Origin: an uncultured Desulfosarcina sp.
GTDB lineage: Bacteria > Desulfobacterota > Desulfobacteria > Desulfobacterales > Desulfosarcinaceae
DNA length: 64,000 bases
Direction of reading: 5' to 3'
Assembly (NCBI GenBank): GCA_963674945.2
Contig: CAXXWQ010000003.1
Span: forward strand, 2,496,001-2,560,000
The notes below the pieces were generated by a model. That model was not told where the DNA came from. It saw only the letters and a list, made by a program, of their open reading frames with translations, and ran no database searches. This document shows, in pieces, positions 28,529 through 37,841 of the stretch (the first letter of the stretch is position 1; each line of letters begins with the position of its first letter). The position numbers and the translations under genes were made by a program.

Positions 28529-29491
28529 ATGGCCCAACCCCTTTCCAGTCAACTGCTTCGACGGTCCTTCGTTAAGACCGTCCTTCGTCGTATCATTGCA
28601 TTCCTTACGTTGGTGGGGCTCGCATATGGTTTGATCGCCATCATCTACGCCACAAAAACCATCTTCAAGGTCAAAATGAATTACGCCGTGGTGCTGGAAG
28701 GGTTCGGCGGCGTCAGACAAGCGGTGACCGAAGTGGGCTGGCATGCCCGCCTTCCCTATTTCACACGGATCGAACAGGAAGTGCCGTTGATGAATCAGAC
28801 CATGCAACTGGGTGGCACACCTGCCCCCATGCGCATCATCTCAAGGGGAAACGTGGCACTGTGGACATCAGGAGTGCTGACATACCGAATCCGTGACCTT
28901 CACACCTGGGCCATCGAAAATCTGAACCCGCTGGATTTACTGCAAGGCGACTACGACGGAATCGTCAAGGACAACCTGCAGGCCCAGGAAGTAGACCGAT
29001 TGATCAGCGACCGGGAGACTATCAAGGAGGCGATCTTCACCGCCTTAAAGTCAAGACCCATCAACATCGGAGGTCCCACCATAGAAGAAAAATACGGAGT
29101 GGAAGTGGTCAGTTTCGTTCTCAAGGAGACTCGGTTCGGAGATAAACTCGTAGAGGCGTCGGAAGAGAAAAAGCGTCGGGAATTGATTGCCGAAGCCGAA
29201 AACTATGCCGCCGACCAGGAGGCAAGCCGGATACGAAAGCTCTATTCCGCCTATCTCGACGGCATTCAAAATCTGCAAGAGGCCTTGGGACGAAAGGATG
29301 CGAGCACCGATACCGCGCTTCTTCAATTTTTGACACAACAAAAATGGGCTACGGCCTACGAGAAGCAACAATTGGGGCAAAACACAGTGGTCATTCAAAA
29401 TACACAGGGCACCGCACCGCCGATCGTCCTTCCCGCTTTCAGTACCACCGAGAAATTGGAGGGAGAAAAAGATGGCCAGACGGCTGACTAA
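28529..29491 (+). CDS. Membrane-anchored SPFH/band-7 (HflK/HflC/prohibitin-like) protein
   Basis: ATG at 28529 after AAGGAG. One TM, then VVLEGFG..GWHARLPY, LTYRI, DRETI, YGVEVVSF and an E/A-rich coiled coil. Confidence 0.85.
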   Translation: MAQPLSSQLLRRSFVKTVLRRIIAFLTLVGLAYGLIAIIYATKTIFKVKMNYAVVLEGFGGVRQAVTEVGWHARLPYFTRIEQEVPLMNQTMQLGGTPAPMRIISRGNVALWTSGVLTYRIRDLHTWAIENLNPLDLLQGDYDGIVKDNLQAQEVDRLISDRETIKEAIFTALKSRPINIGGPTIEEKYGVEVVSFVLKETRFGDKLVEASEEKKRRELIAEAENYAADQEASRIRKLYSAYLDGIQNLQEALGRKDASTDTALLQFLTQQKWATAYEKQQLGQNTVVIQNTQGTAPPIVLPAFSTTEKLEGEKDGQTAD

Positions 29492-32400
29492 AGAGATCAC
29501 CTACGTCCAATTGCCGGAGGGCCGGATCCGGGAGATCAACGAATTGGTGTCCGCGTGGCCCCAGGAAACCAAAGCCTTCATGCGCGCCAGGCTCAATCAG
29601 TACCGTCCTCCAAGGGGTCTTTTCAACAGCGCTTTGGAAACGATCCTTTCTTTTTTCATGGATGCGCCGGAAAAACATTTCAACGTGTTAAAGGATCCCG
29701 ATATTCTGACGGACTGGCAAAAACGATTTGAAATTTCCGGACATACCAACCCGCAGGAGGCATGGAATAAAATCCTGGAGAAAGAGGTGTCTGCAAAAGA
29801 CTACCGCTATCTGCTCTACTTACTGGACAAGGAACTGCAGGACGTTCACGTTCCCGTCGAACTGAAAGATCTGTTCGAAAAAGTATATCGCGCCCACTTG
29901 CGAAAGGAGTACATCTCCGATTCGAATGTCCCCAAGTCTTCCCTTTTGCTTTTCATCGGACCGTCCGGCAGTGGAAAGACCTCCACCGTCACCCATGCCA
30001 TCGATCGTATCATTTTCGGAAACGAGGTGTTACCGGAAGTCGACCTGCACCAGAAGAAGGAAGCGGCGCTGGCCGGCGAGCATTTCTGGAAGACCATCGA
30101 AGAGATCGACCCGACACTGGCCGTGGAGATTTCCCAAAGAAAAAAACTGAATTTCTACAAGCGCATATCTACGATTCCCGTGCTACGCTTACTTCTGAAG
30201 AAGAGAATCGGAAAGAACCTGTCAAAACTCCAGGAACAGGGCGTCTGGGTGGATTATGCCATGGTCACCCCCAACGATTTTCAGACCGCGCTGGCGGGGG
30301 AACCCGGCAATTACTTCAAAAAGGCCCTGGGTGACCCCAGAAAGATGGCCATCCGGCATGTGGAAGAGGCCCACAGTGCCTTCGGAAGGGCCACAGGGCG
30401 TGATTCCGGGGTAGCACGACAACAAAGAACCCTGGTGGATACATCGAATATCGTCCTGGATGAGATCATCAACGGTAGTCGAGACTGCCTTCTCATCGCC
30501 ACAACGGATCAACCCGAGAGATTTGATTCCGCCATCTACCGCCGTTTCGTGGAAAAGGGACGTATCATCAATATTTCCGATTATTGGACGAATCCTGAGA
30601 ATCTACAGGAAGTGGTTCGACTGGAATTGATGCGAAACGATATTTCGGTCCTTTCCGAGGAAGACCATCCTTCTGCCGCCAGATCAAAATCAATCACGCG
30701 TCAGGACCTTTCCACGACGGTGGACAAGCTCTATTCCATTTTCAAGGAACGAACCTTGAAAGTGATCCCCTCTTATGTACGAAAACTGATCCACTCCATC
30801 ATTCAGATCAAAGGTGATTTTTCCGTCTCCTATCTCAACGATGCCATGCTGGTTCGCAAGGCCTTCGAGTTGGTGGCGCAAAACTCCTATGGCGATCTTT
30901 ATAAGAAGGTCGTCGGCCGCATGGACCGAGATGTCAAGTGGGAGGCCTATGTGGGAAGTATTAAGGATATCTTCTCGGAGATGACCAACAACTGTCTCTT
31001 TTACAATGTCAGCGAAGAAAAGGGCGTTGTGCTCAATGGACCACCGGGAAGCGGCAAGACGTTTTTGGCACGAACCTGGCTCAGTGAAAACACGGATGTC
31101 CACGATATCGCCACCAGTGCAAGCGCCCTGCAGGATCCGTCAAACCCCGTGGATGGTGCCGTGGACAACCTGGAAAAAATTTATGACATCGCCAAGATGA
31201 TTGCACCGACGGTGGTCTTTTTCGACGAGGGGGATGCCCTTGCCCCAAAACGAAGTGGCACCGGTGGAAATCCATCGGACAAACTGACCAACAAATTCTT
31301 AAACCTGATCGATGGCGAGACCCCCCTTCACAAGGTGTTTACCGTTCTCACCACCAATCGACTGGATATCCTCGACCCTGCCCTTATCCGCTCCAAGCGA
31401 CTTAAGGTTCTGGAGATCAAGGGGCTATTACAAAAAGACGACATCCTTCAGATTGTGGACAATGCACTGGAAGGTGTTCCCTTGTCGGCGGATCTTACTA
31501 CGGGTAAGATCGTCGATGCGGCAAAAGGCGTATGCAACACCCCTGCTGATTATGCCGCCTTCGTGGAAAAGGCACGGTCTTTGCGCAATACGGAGTACGA
31601 GGTGATCCTGCGCCTTCGGCAGATTCGCAATGACTCCGAAGAAAGTCGTAAGAATTTCATCAAGTTTAATTTCAAGACCCTGATCGGTATTTTGGATGCC
31701 TTTGATAAGGACAATCAGCTGAAGAAAACCGTCAAGGGGAATGCGGATCGTTTTTTGGAGCAGTACGAAGAGATCCTGAAATTGCTGGAACCGGTCCAAG
31801 ATCCAAATGACTATCCCATGGTATCCAGCCATCTCAAATCGGCCCGTCAGGAAATCTCGGAAAGTCCCACCAAGAAGGGAAAGGTGGTCCTGGACGAATT
31901 TTTAGAGGCGGAGTTGAGCCAGGAGCCCCAGGTTGGCTTTATCATCGGCGTGGGCGCGAACGAGGTAACCGGCGTTCTTTTGCCTATCGCCACGAGCCTT
32001 ACCTACCGCCTTTCTTCGGAAAAGGTTATGGTTACAGGTGCCGTCTCTTCCTCCTCGTCAGCCGGTGCGCAGATGGAAATGGCAGTGCAAATGACCCAGC
32101 AAAGCGCCCATGAAGCCCTTACCATGGTAAAAAATTACCTGCAGGAATTGAATCCCAAGGTAAATGCGGCGAGACTGCTTGGTGAATTTCTGGACAAGTA
32201 CACCATTCACCATCAACTTCTTAGTGCATCCTACAACGTGGGAGGCCCTTCGGCAGGATATGCGCTGGCCATCAACACGCTGTCCGCGCTGATGCACATT
32301 CCGGTCTATCATGACTTTGGCATCACCGGTGCTCCCTGGACCAAAGGGGTCAAACGGGGTGAGGTGGGCGGCTCCGTCATCATCGGCGGCCAGCGTAAGA

Positions 32401-32891
32401 AATCAGAAAAGGTTCTCATGTATCTTCGCCGAATGTATATGCCGCTAAAGAATTACATGGATTTGGAGAAGGAGTTTCTCGTTAACTACTGGCTCCAGGA
32501 CAAGGATATTTTAGGGGTAACCCATTTCGGCGACCTGGTTCCGGAAGTAATCTGTCTGGATCCGGAATATGAGCAGATTCTTCAGGATCTCATCGAAGCC
32601 CGCATCCGATACAAAGTAGATAAATACCAGGGGCAGGGATCCGATGAAATGGTGAAAGAGGAGATCCTCAGGAAAAAGGAAATTTTGAGAATTCGTGTTG
32701 AAAAAGAGATCAAGGGCCGGCTCAGCTCCCTGCGCCGTTATCTGAGGAGTCCGGCCAGAGATCCGCATCTCAGCATAGAAGAAATTTTTCGAAGACCGGA
32801 ATCTCCGATGATCCATTTGACCGATCCCTTCAAGCGTCTCATGCGAAAAGTACGTTCCCAGAACAAAATACGGATGAACACAAAACGATAA
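29472..32891 (+). CDS. Tandem AAA ATPase fused to a C-terminal Lon-type (S16) protease domain
   Basis: Walker A GPSGSGKT (aa 163) and GPPGSGKT (aa 523). Walker B HVEE and FFDE. SRH motifs TTDQPERFDSAIYRRF and TTNRLDILDPALIRSKRL. Lon motifs GGPSAG (S927) and IGGQRKK (K977). Confidence 0.88.
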   Translation: MARRLTKEITYVQLPEGRIREINELVSAWPQETKAFMRARLNQYRPPRGLFNSALETILSFFMDAPEKHFNVLKDPDILTDWQKRFEISGHTNPQEAWNKILEKEVSAKDYRYLLYLLDKELQDVHVPVELKDLFEKVYRAHLRKEYISDSNVPKSSLLLFIGPSGSGKTSTVTHAIDRIIFGNEVLPEVDLHQKKEAALAGEHFWKTIEEIDPTLAVEISQRKKLNFYKRISTIPVLRLLLKKRIGKNLSKLQEQGVWVDYAMVTPNDFQTALAGEPGNYFKKALGDPRKMAIRHVEEAHSAFGRATGRDSGVARQQRTLVDTSNIVLDEIINGSRDCLLIATTDQPERFDSAIYRRFVEKGRIINISDYWTNPENLQEVVRLELMRNDISVLSEEDHPSAARSKSITRQDLSTTVDKLYSIFKERTLKVIPSYVRKLIHSIIQIKGDFSVSYLNDAMLVRKAFELVAQNSYGDLYKKVVGRMDRDVKWEAYVGSIKDIFSEMTNNCLFYNVSEEKGVVLNGPPGSGKTFLARTWLSENTDVHDIATSASALQDPSNPVDGAVDNLEKIYDIAKMIAPTVVFFDEGDALAPKRSGTGGNPSDKLTNKFLNLIDGETPLHKVFTVLTTNRLDILDPALIRSKRLKVLEIKGLLQKDDILQIVDNALEGVPLSADLTTGKIVDAAKGVCNTPADYAAFVEKARSLRNTEYEVILRLRQIRNDSEESRKNFIKFNFKTLIGILDAFDKDNQLKKTVKGNADRFLEQYEEILKLLEPVQDPNDYPMVSSHLKSARQEISESPTKKGKVVLDEFLEAELSQEPQVGFIIGVGANEVTGVLLPIATSLTYRLSSEKVMVTGAVSSSSSAGAQMEMAVQMTQQSAHEALTMVKNYLQELNPKVNAARLLGEFLDKYTIHHQLLSASYNVGGPSAGYALAINTLSALMHIPVYHDFGITGAPWTKGVKRGEVGGSVIIGGQRKKSEKVLMYLRRMYMPLKNYMDLEKEFLVNYWLQDKDILGVTHFGDLVPEVICLDPEYEQILQDLIEARIRYKVDKYQGQGSDEMVKEEILRKKEILRIRVEKEIKGRLSSLRRYLRSPARDPHLSIEEIFRRPESPMIHLTDPFKRLMRKVRSQNKIRMNTKR

Positions 32892-32898
32892 GGGCGGT

Positions 32899-34110
32899 TT
32901 ATCCGTTGGTGACGTGAATTCTCTTCCCCCCGGCGACATGGCAGACGATGTTGTCGAGTGCTTCGGGGACTTTTTCCACCGGTGCCCGCACGGCCAGAAA
33001 ATCCGCCCGCATTCCAGGGGCGATCCGTCCTCGATTGGTCAATCCCATGAGAATGGCGCCGTTGCGGCTGGCACAACGTATGGCGCCTTCGACGCTGAAA
33101 CCCGCTGCAACGAAGAGCTGAATTTCCGTTTGGACGGCTTTCCCATGGTGAACGCCCGTGCTACCGGCATCGGTGCCCACGGCCATGGTCACGCCCATTT
33201 CCATGGCCTGCCTCATTTGCGCCAATTGGTGCTGCAAGTTCTTTTCGGGCACCTCGGCAAAAGCTGCATCCTCTCGGCGTCCCTGGTGCGTTAGAAAATC
33301 CATGTACGCCTTCATGGTCACGGCTGTGGGAACCCAAACGACGCCGCTGTCGGCCATACGACGCATATTTTCCCGCCCCATGAAAAAACCATGTTCGATA
33401 CTCTGGCATCCAGCATCGACGGCCAGCTTCACCGGAAGACGACCGTTCGCATGGACCATCGTTGGTTGGCCGTGTCTCTTGGCGGCCGCAATGCCCTCCG
33501 CTAGTTGCGTTTCGTCGAATTGCGGTGACGTTTGTACCCCGAACCGTGTCAGGCTGTTGAGCCCGGAATTGACGATTTTCAAGTGATCCCGTCGGCTCTT
33601 TTCCCGGAATGCACTTTCCGTCAGACTTTCGCCCGCTTTCACGGGAATGCCGATCAGTTTTCCGTATCGACCCGAAGCAAAGCGCGCGCGCCCCGGTGTG
33701 GCAAGGGTGACCCGATGTTCTGTCTCTCCTTGTTGATCGTATTTAAACCGAAGGGTATCGCCATTGTGGTCCCCTCCGTCGCGGATGGCAAACACACCAG
33801 AGGCAAGGTGCTGCCGAAGATGTTGCAGGATCGTTTTTTTACTTTGGTGATAGGTGCTCTTCAGCTGTTCTTTTCGCTTCTTCGCGTCTGTTGTGCCGGA
33901 CATGACAAGGTGCACATGACTGTCTACGAGTGCCGGTATCACAGTACAATCGGTTAAGTCGACAACGGGTGCTCCGGGTTCCGGATACAGGTTGGCATCG
34001 TTGACGTGGCGAATCCGGTCACCTTCGACCACAAGAAGCCGATTGGCAAGGGCCGGTTTCCCGCTTCCATCCACCAACCACCCCGCGTGATATGCCACTT
34101 TCGTTTCCAT
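32899..34110 (-). CDS. Amidohydrolase family protein
   Basis: PALVDSHVH, MVHANG, SIEHG, GTDAG, GRIAPGMRAD. Confidence 0.9.
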   Translation of the reverse strand: METKVAYHAGWLVDGSGKPALANRLLVVEGDRIRHVNDANLYPEPGAPVVDLTDCTVIPALVDSHVHLVMSGTTDAKKRKEQLKSTYHQSKKTILQHLRQHLASGVFAIRDGGDHNGDTLRFKYDQQGETEHRVTLATPGRARFASGRYGKLIGIPVKAGESLTESAFREKSRRDHLKIVNSGLNSLTRFGVQTSPQFDETQLAEGIAAAKRHGQPTMVHANGRLPVKLAVDAGCQSIEHGFFMGRENMRRMADSGVVWVPTAVTMKAYMDFLTHQGRREDAAFAEVPEKNLQHQLAQMRQAMEMGVTMAVGTDAGSTGVHHGKAVQTEIQLFVAAGFSVEGAIRCASRNGAILMGLTNRGRIAPGMRADFLAVRAPVEKVPEALDNIVCHVAGGKRIHVTNG

Positions 34111-34295
34111 CGTATTCGATCACACTTGTTTGCAAGAAAAGTGTATCATTTACCGCAGCAAAAAACTTTTTGTCCAGTTTTTTAAAAAAAAAGAAGACTT
34201 CCGGCATTTACAACGGACGGGAAAAATTTGTATCTTGATCTGAAGAGATCGAAACGATATAAGTATCAGATTTTCTATTTTAAACAGGAGCCGCC

Positions 34296-35774
34296 ATGCA
34301 ACCGGTATGTGTTCGTTTCCCCCCCAGTCCAACAGGTTATCTGCATATCGGCGGTGCACGTACTGCATTGTTCAACTGGCTTTTCGCCAGAAAGCACGGG
34401 GGAAAACTGATTCTACGCATCGAAGACACCGATGCACAACGGTCGACCCAGGCATCCATCGAGGGAATCATCGACGGCCTTCAATGGCTCGGGTTGGACT
34501 GGGACGAGGGTCCTTACTTTCAAACCCAGTTTGCCGATGAACACGCAAAAGCCGCCAAATTCCTGTTGGAAAGCGGTCAAGCCTACAAATGCTTTTGTAC
34601 CAAACAGACGCTGGACGCCAAAAGGGAAAAAGCCCTGGCCGAAAAGAAGCCACTGGGCTATGACGGCACCTGCCGGAACCTCACCGAAGCCGAGGTTCGC
34701 GAGCACGAACGCCGCGGGATTCCTTCGGTAATCCGGTTCAAGGTTCCCAGGAAATCGGGGGTCGTCGGTTTTGATGACCACGTCCTTGGCAGTATTCGAC
34801 GCCCCTTGGCGGATGTGGAGGATTTCGTCATTGTCCGTTCGAACGGAGAGCCCCTTTATCTGCTTTGCAACGTGGTGGATGACATCCGCGATCACATCAC
34901 CCACGTGATTCGAGGCCAGGATCACATGACGAATACCACCCGCCAGATTCTCTTGTACGAGGCCTTGGGGGCGTCGACGCCGATCTTCGCGCACATGCCC
35001 CTTACCCTGGACAGGAAAAAACGCAAGATTTCCAAGCGTCATCACGGAGAGGTGGTCTCGGTCCAGTTCTATCGAGAAAAAGGAATCCTGCCCTGGGCCC
35101 TGTGCAATTTTTTGGTGCTTCTCGGTTGGAATCCGGGCGACAATCAGGAAATTTTCTCCCGGGAATCGCTCATCGAGGCCTTTTCACTGGAAAGAATCGG
35201 AAAGGTCAACTCGGTTTTCAACTACCAGGCCGGTGACCCGAAGTTCTTCACCGATCCCAAACTCATGTCCATTAACGAGCACTATCTTCGTTCCATGGAT
35301 ATCGAAGCATTGGGACGCTTGGTAAAAAACGAGCTGGTTGCCGAGGGGCTGTGGATGGATGCCTATGAGAAAGAACGCAAAGAGTGGTATCTTTCGACCA
35401 TTGCGATGATCCGCGCCCGATTCCATACGCTGAAAGATTTCACCAGCACAGGAAGGGCCTATTTCGGTGAAGATTATGTCATCGAAGAAAAGCCGAAGAA
35501 GAAAAACCTGGACAAGCATCCGCAATTGGAACAGTGGTTGCCGGAACTGGCCAGGCGGTATTCCGCCCTTTCCCGATTTGACGAAACGACCACGGAGAAA
35601 GCGACGAGAGAAATGGCTTCAGCGCTTTCCATCAAACCCGGCATCCTGATTAACGGCCTGCGCACCGTGCTCACCGGCCAACTGGCGGGGCCGGGCATGT
35701 TCGACATCCTCGTAACCCTGGGCCGAAAGACCGTGGTAAAGCGGCTCGATGAAGCAGGCCGCTTCTTTGCCTAA
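34296..35774 (+). CDS. gltX: Glutamate--tRNA ligase
   Basis: RFPPSPTGYLHIGG, LRIEDTD, ITHVIRGQDH, KISKR. Confidence 0.95.
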   Translation: MQPVCVRFPPSPTGYLHIGGARTALFNWLFARKHGGKLILRIEDTDAQRSTQASIEGIIDGLQWLGLDWDEGPYFQTQFADEHAKAAKFLLESGQAYKCFCTKQTLDAKREKALAEKKPLGYDGTCRNLTEAEVREHERRGIPSVIRFKVPRKSGVVGFDDHVLGSIRRPLADVEDFVIVRSNGEPLYLLCNVVDDIRDHITHVIRGQDHMTNTTRQILLYEALGASTPIFAHMPLTLDRKKRKISKRHHGEVVSVQFYREKGILPWALCNFLVLLGWNPGDNQEIFSRESLIEAFSLERIGKVNSVFNYQAGDPKFFTDPKLMSINEHYLRSMDIEALGRLVKNELVAEGLWMDAYEKERKEWYLSTIAMIRARFHTLKDFTSTGRAYFGEDYVIEEKPKKKNLDKHPQLEQWLPELARRYSALSRFDETTTEKATREMASALSIKPGILINGLRTVLTGQLAGPGMFDILVTLGRKTVVKRLDEAGRFFA

Positions 35775-35868
35775 AACATGATCGGATTCGTTTCTGTTCG
35801 GGTAAACCTGAGGATTCTCGCGTTGCCCATGGAAAGATATTGTCATCTCAACACGACAGGAAGCAACG

Positions 35869-37740
35869 ATGCATAAACTACTTACTGACAGCCCCGGAAA
35901 GAAGATGTTGCTGCTCGGCAACGAAGCCATCGCCCGAGGTGCCATCGAAGCGGGTGTCGCTTTCGCCACCACCTACCCGGGAACACCTTCGTCGGAAATA
36001 TCCTTGAACCTGTTTCAGGTTTCACAGCAAAGTGATCTCTACTTTGAATACAGCACCAATGAGAAAGTCGCCCTGGAAGTAGCCGCAGCAGCAGCAAACA
36101 GCGGGGTGCGAACCTTTTGCATGATGAAGCACGTGGGTCTTAACGTGGCGGCCGACCCTTTGATGACCCTGGCGTATGTGGGCGTAAAGGCCGGTCTGGT
36201 GATTCTAAGCGCCGATGATCCTTTCATGTTCTCCAGCCAGAACGAGCAGGACAACCGCTATTACGGAAAACTCTCCGGGCTGCCCTTGCTCGAACCGTCA
36301 TCGGTGGCCGAAGCCCGCCAGATGACAGCCGATGCATTCGATCTTTCCGAAAAACTGGGAGAACCGGTGATCTTACGGACCACTACCCGGGTGAACCATT
36401 CCAGCGCCTTCGTGGAACTGGGATCGGTAAAGCCTTGCAAGCCAAAGGGAGAATTCACCAAGGATCCGTTTCATCTGGTTACCGTACCGGCAGTTTCCCG
36501 AAACCTGCATGTTCGACTGCTGGAGAATTGGGACAAGGCCCAGACCCTTGCCGAAGTTTCGATGTATAACTTCCTGACTGGCGATGGCCCGCTGGGCATC
36601 ATCTGCAACGGTGTCAGTTACAACTACGTCAGTGATGCGGTGGACGATTTGAACTTGGGTGAAAAAGCGAAAATTTTACGCCTCGGATTCTCCCACCCTG
36701 CCCCTTCCGCGCTGATTGAAAGATTCTTGAAGAGTTGCCAAAAGGTCCTGGTGGTCGAAGAAGGGGAACCGTTTTTGGAAGAAACCGTAAAGACCGTCGC
36801 CCAGACTGCGGGTCTCACGGTAAGGATCGCCGGAAAGGGTGAAGCGCTGTTCTCCCGCCTTTACGAGTTCGATCCTGCCATGGTTCGTCGGACAATGGCC
36901 TCCTATTTCGATATCCCCTGCGCTGAGAGCCAAGCCATAGATCTCTCCGATGTACCGCAGATCCCCCAGCGGCCTCCCAACCTTTGTGCCGGCTGCTCTC
37001 ACCGGGCCACTTACTATGCGGTCAAAAAGGCCGCCGAAGGAATGGATACCGTCTTCCCCACGGACATCGGCTGTTATACGTTAGGGTTCCTTCCCCCCCT
37101 TGCCATGGGTGATTTTTTAATCTGCATGGGCTCCTCCGTAAGCACGGCCTGCGGATTTTCCAAGGCCACGGATAAAAAAGTGATCGCCTTTATCGGGGAC
37201 TCCACCTTCTTTCACTCAGGCATGACAGGCCTCGTAAATGCCATTTTCAACAACCACGATCTGACCCTGGTCATTCTCGACAACGGTACTACCGCCATGA
37301 CCGGACACCAGCCCCATCCGGGTGTGGATATGTCAAACTTCAATCTGTCCGGCTATGGACGCATCTCCATCGAAGCCGTCGTTCGTGCCATGGGTGTCGA
37401 GCATGTCAGCGTCATCAAACCCTACAAGGTAAAAAAGAGTGTCGAATCGGTGAAGGCCGCGTTGGACCACAAAGGTGTATCGGTGATTATCTCCCAGGAG
37501 ATGTGTACCCTATACGCCCGCAGCTTGAAAAAACTCAACGTTCGTCCCTTCACGGTGACAGACAAATGCAGGAATCATCGGGACTGCATCAACGAAATCG
37601 GCTGTCCTGCCTTTTTTCTGGATGGCGAAAGGGTTCGGATCGACCCGAACACATGCGTGGGATGTGCGGTCTGCGCACAAATCTGCCCGGAAAATGCCAT
37701 CGTTCCGGCAAAGAAAATAACGGCGGACGAAATCCGATAG
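35869..37740 (+). CDS. iorA: Indolepyruvate:ferredoxin oxidoreductase alpha subunit
   Basis: LLGNEAIARG, YPGTPSSE, MKHVGLNVAAD, RPPNLCAGC, GDSTFFHSG, C-terminal ferredoxin. Confidence 0.95.
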   Translation: MHKLLTDSPGKKMLLLGNEAIARGAIEAGVAFATTYPGTPSSEISLNLFQVSQQSDLYFEYSTNEKVALEVAAAAANSGVRTFCMMKHVGLNVAADPLMTLAYVGVKAGLVILSADDPFMFSSQNEQDNRYYGKLSGLPLLEPSSVAEARQMTADAFDLSEKLGEPVILRTTTRVNHSSAFVELGSVKPCKPKGEFTKDPFHLVTVPAVSRNLHVRLLENWDKAQTLAEVSMYNFLTGDGPLGIICNGVSYNYVSDAVDDLNLGEKAKILRLGFSHPAPSALIERFLKSCQKVLVVEEGEPFLEETVKTVAQTAGLTVRIAGKGEALFSRLYEFDPAMVRRTMASYFDIPCAESQAIDLSDVPQIPQRPPNLCAGCSHRATYYAVKKAAEGMDTVFPTDIGCYTLGFLPPLAMGDFLICMGSSVSTACGFSKATDKKVIAFIGDSTFFHSGMTGLVNAIFNNHDLTLVILDNGTTAMTGHQPHPGVDMSNFNLSGYGRISIEAVVRAMGVEHVSVIKPYKVKKSVESVKAALDHKGVSVIISQEMCTLYARSLKKLNVRPFTVTDKCRNHRDCINEIGCPAFFLDGERVRIDPNTCVGCAVCAQICPENAIVPAKKITADEIR

Positions 37741-37841
37741 CGTAACGACAAACCATCGGCTGCATCGTAACCATTTTCGACAGGAGCGCTGGTTCGACCA
37801 CCTTTCGCAAAAAGCAGCCCGAAATCGAGTAGGAAGACGAT

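Noticed and set aside
29472..32891. Ordinary LonA/LonB, FtsH or ClpA annotation
   Set aside because: No Lon N-domain, two SRH-type AAA modules, and no clear TM or FtsH zinc-protease motif seen.
37770..37810. tRNA-like GGTTCGA between iorA and iorB
   Set aside because: No cloverleaf or acceptor stem could be built.
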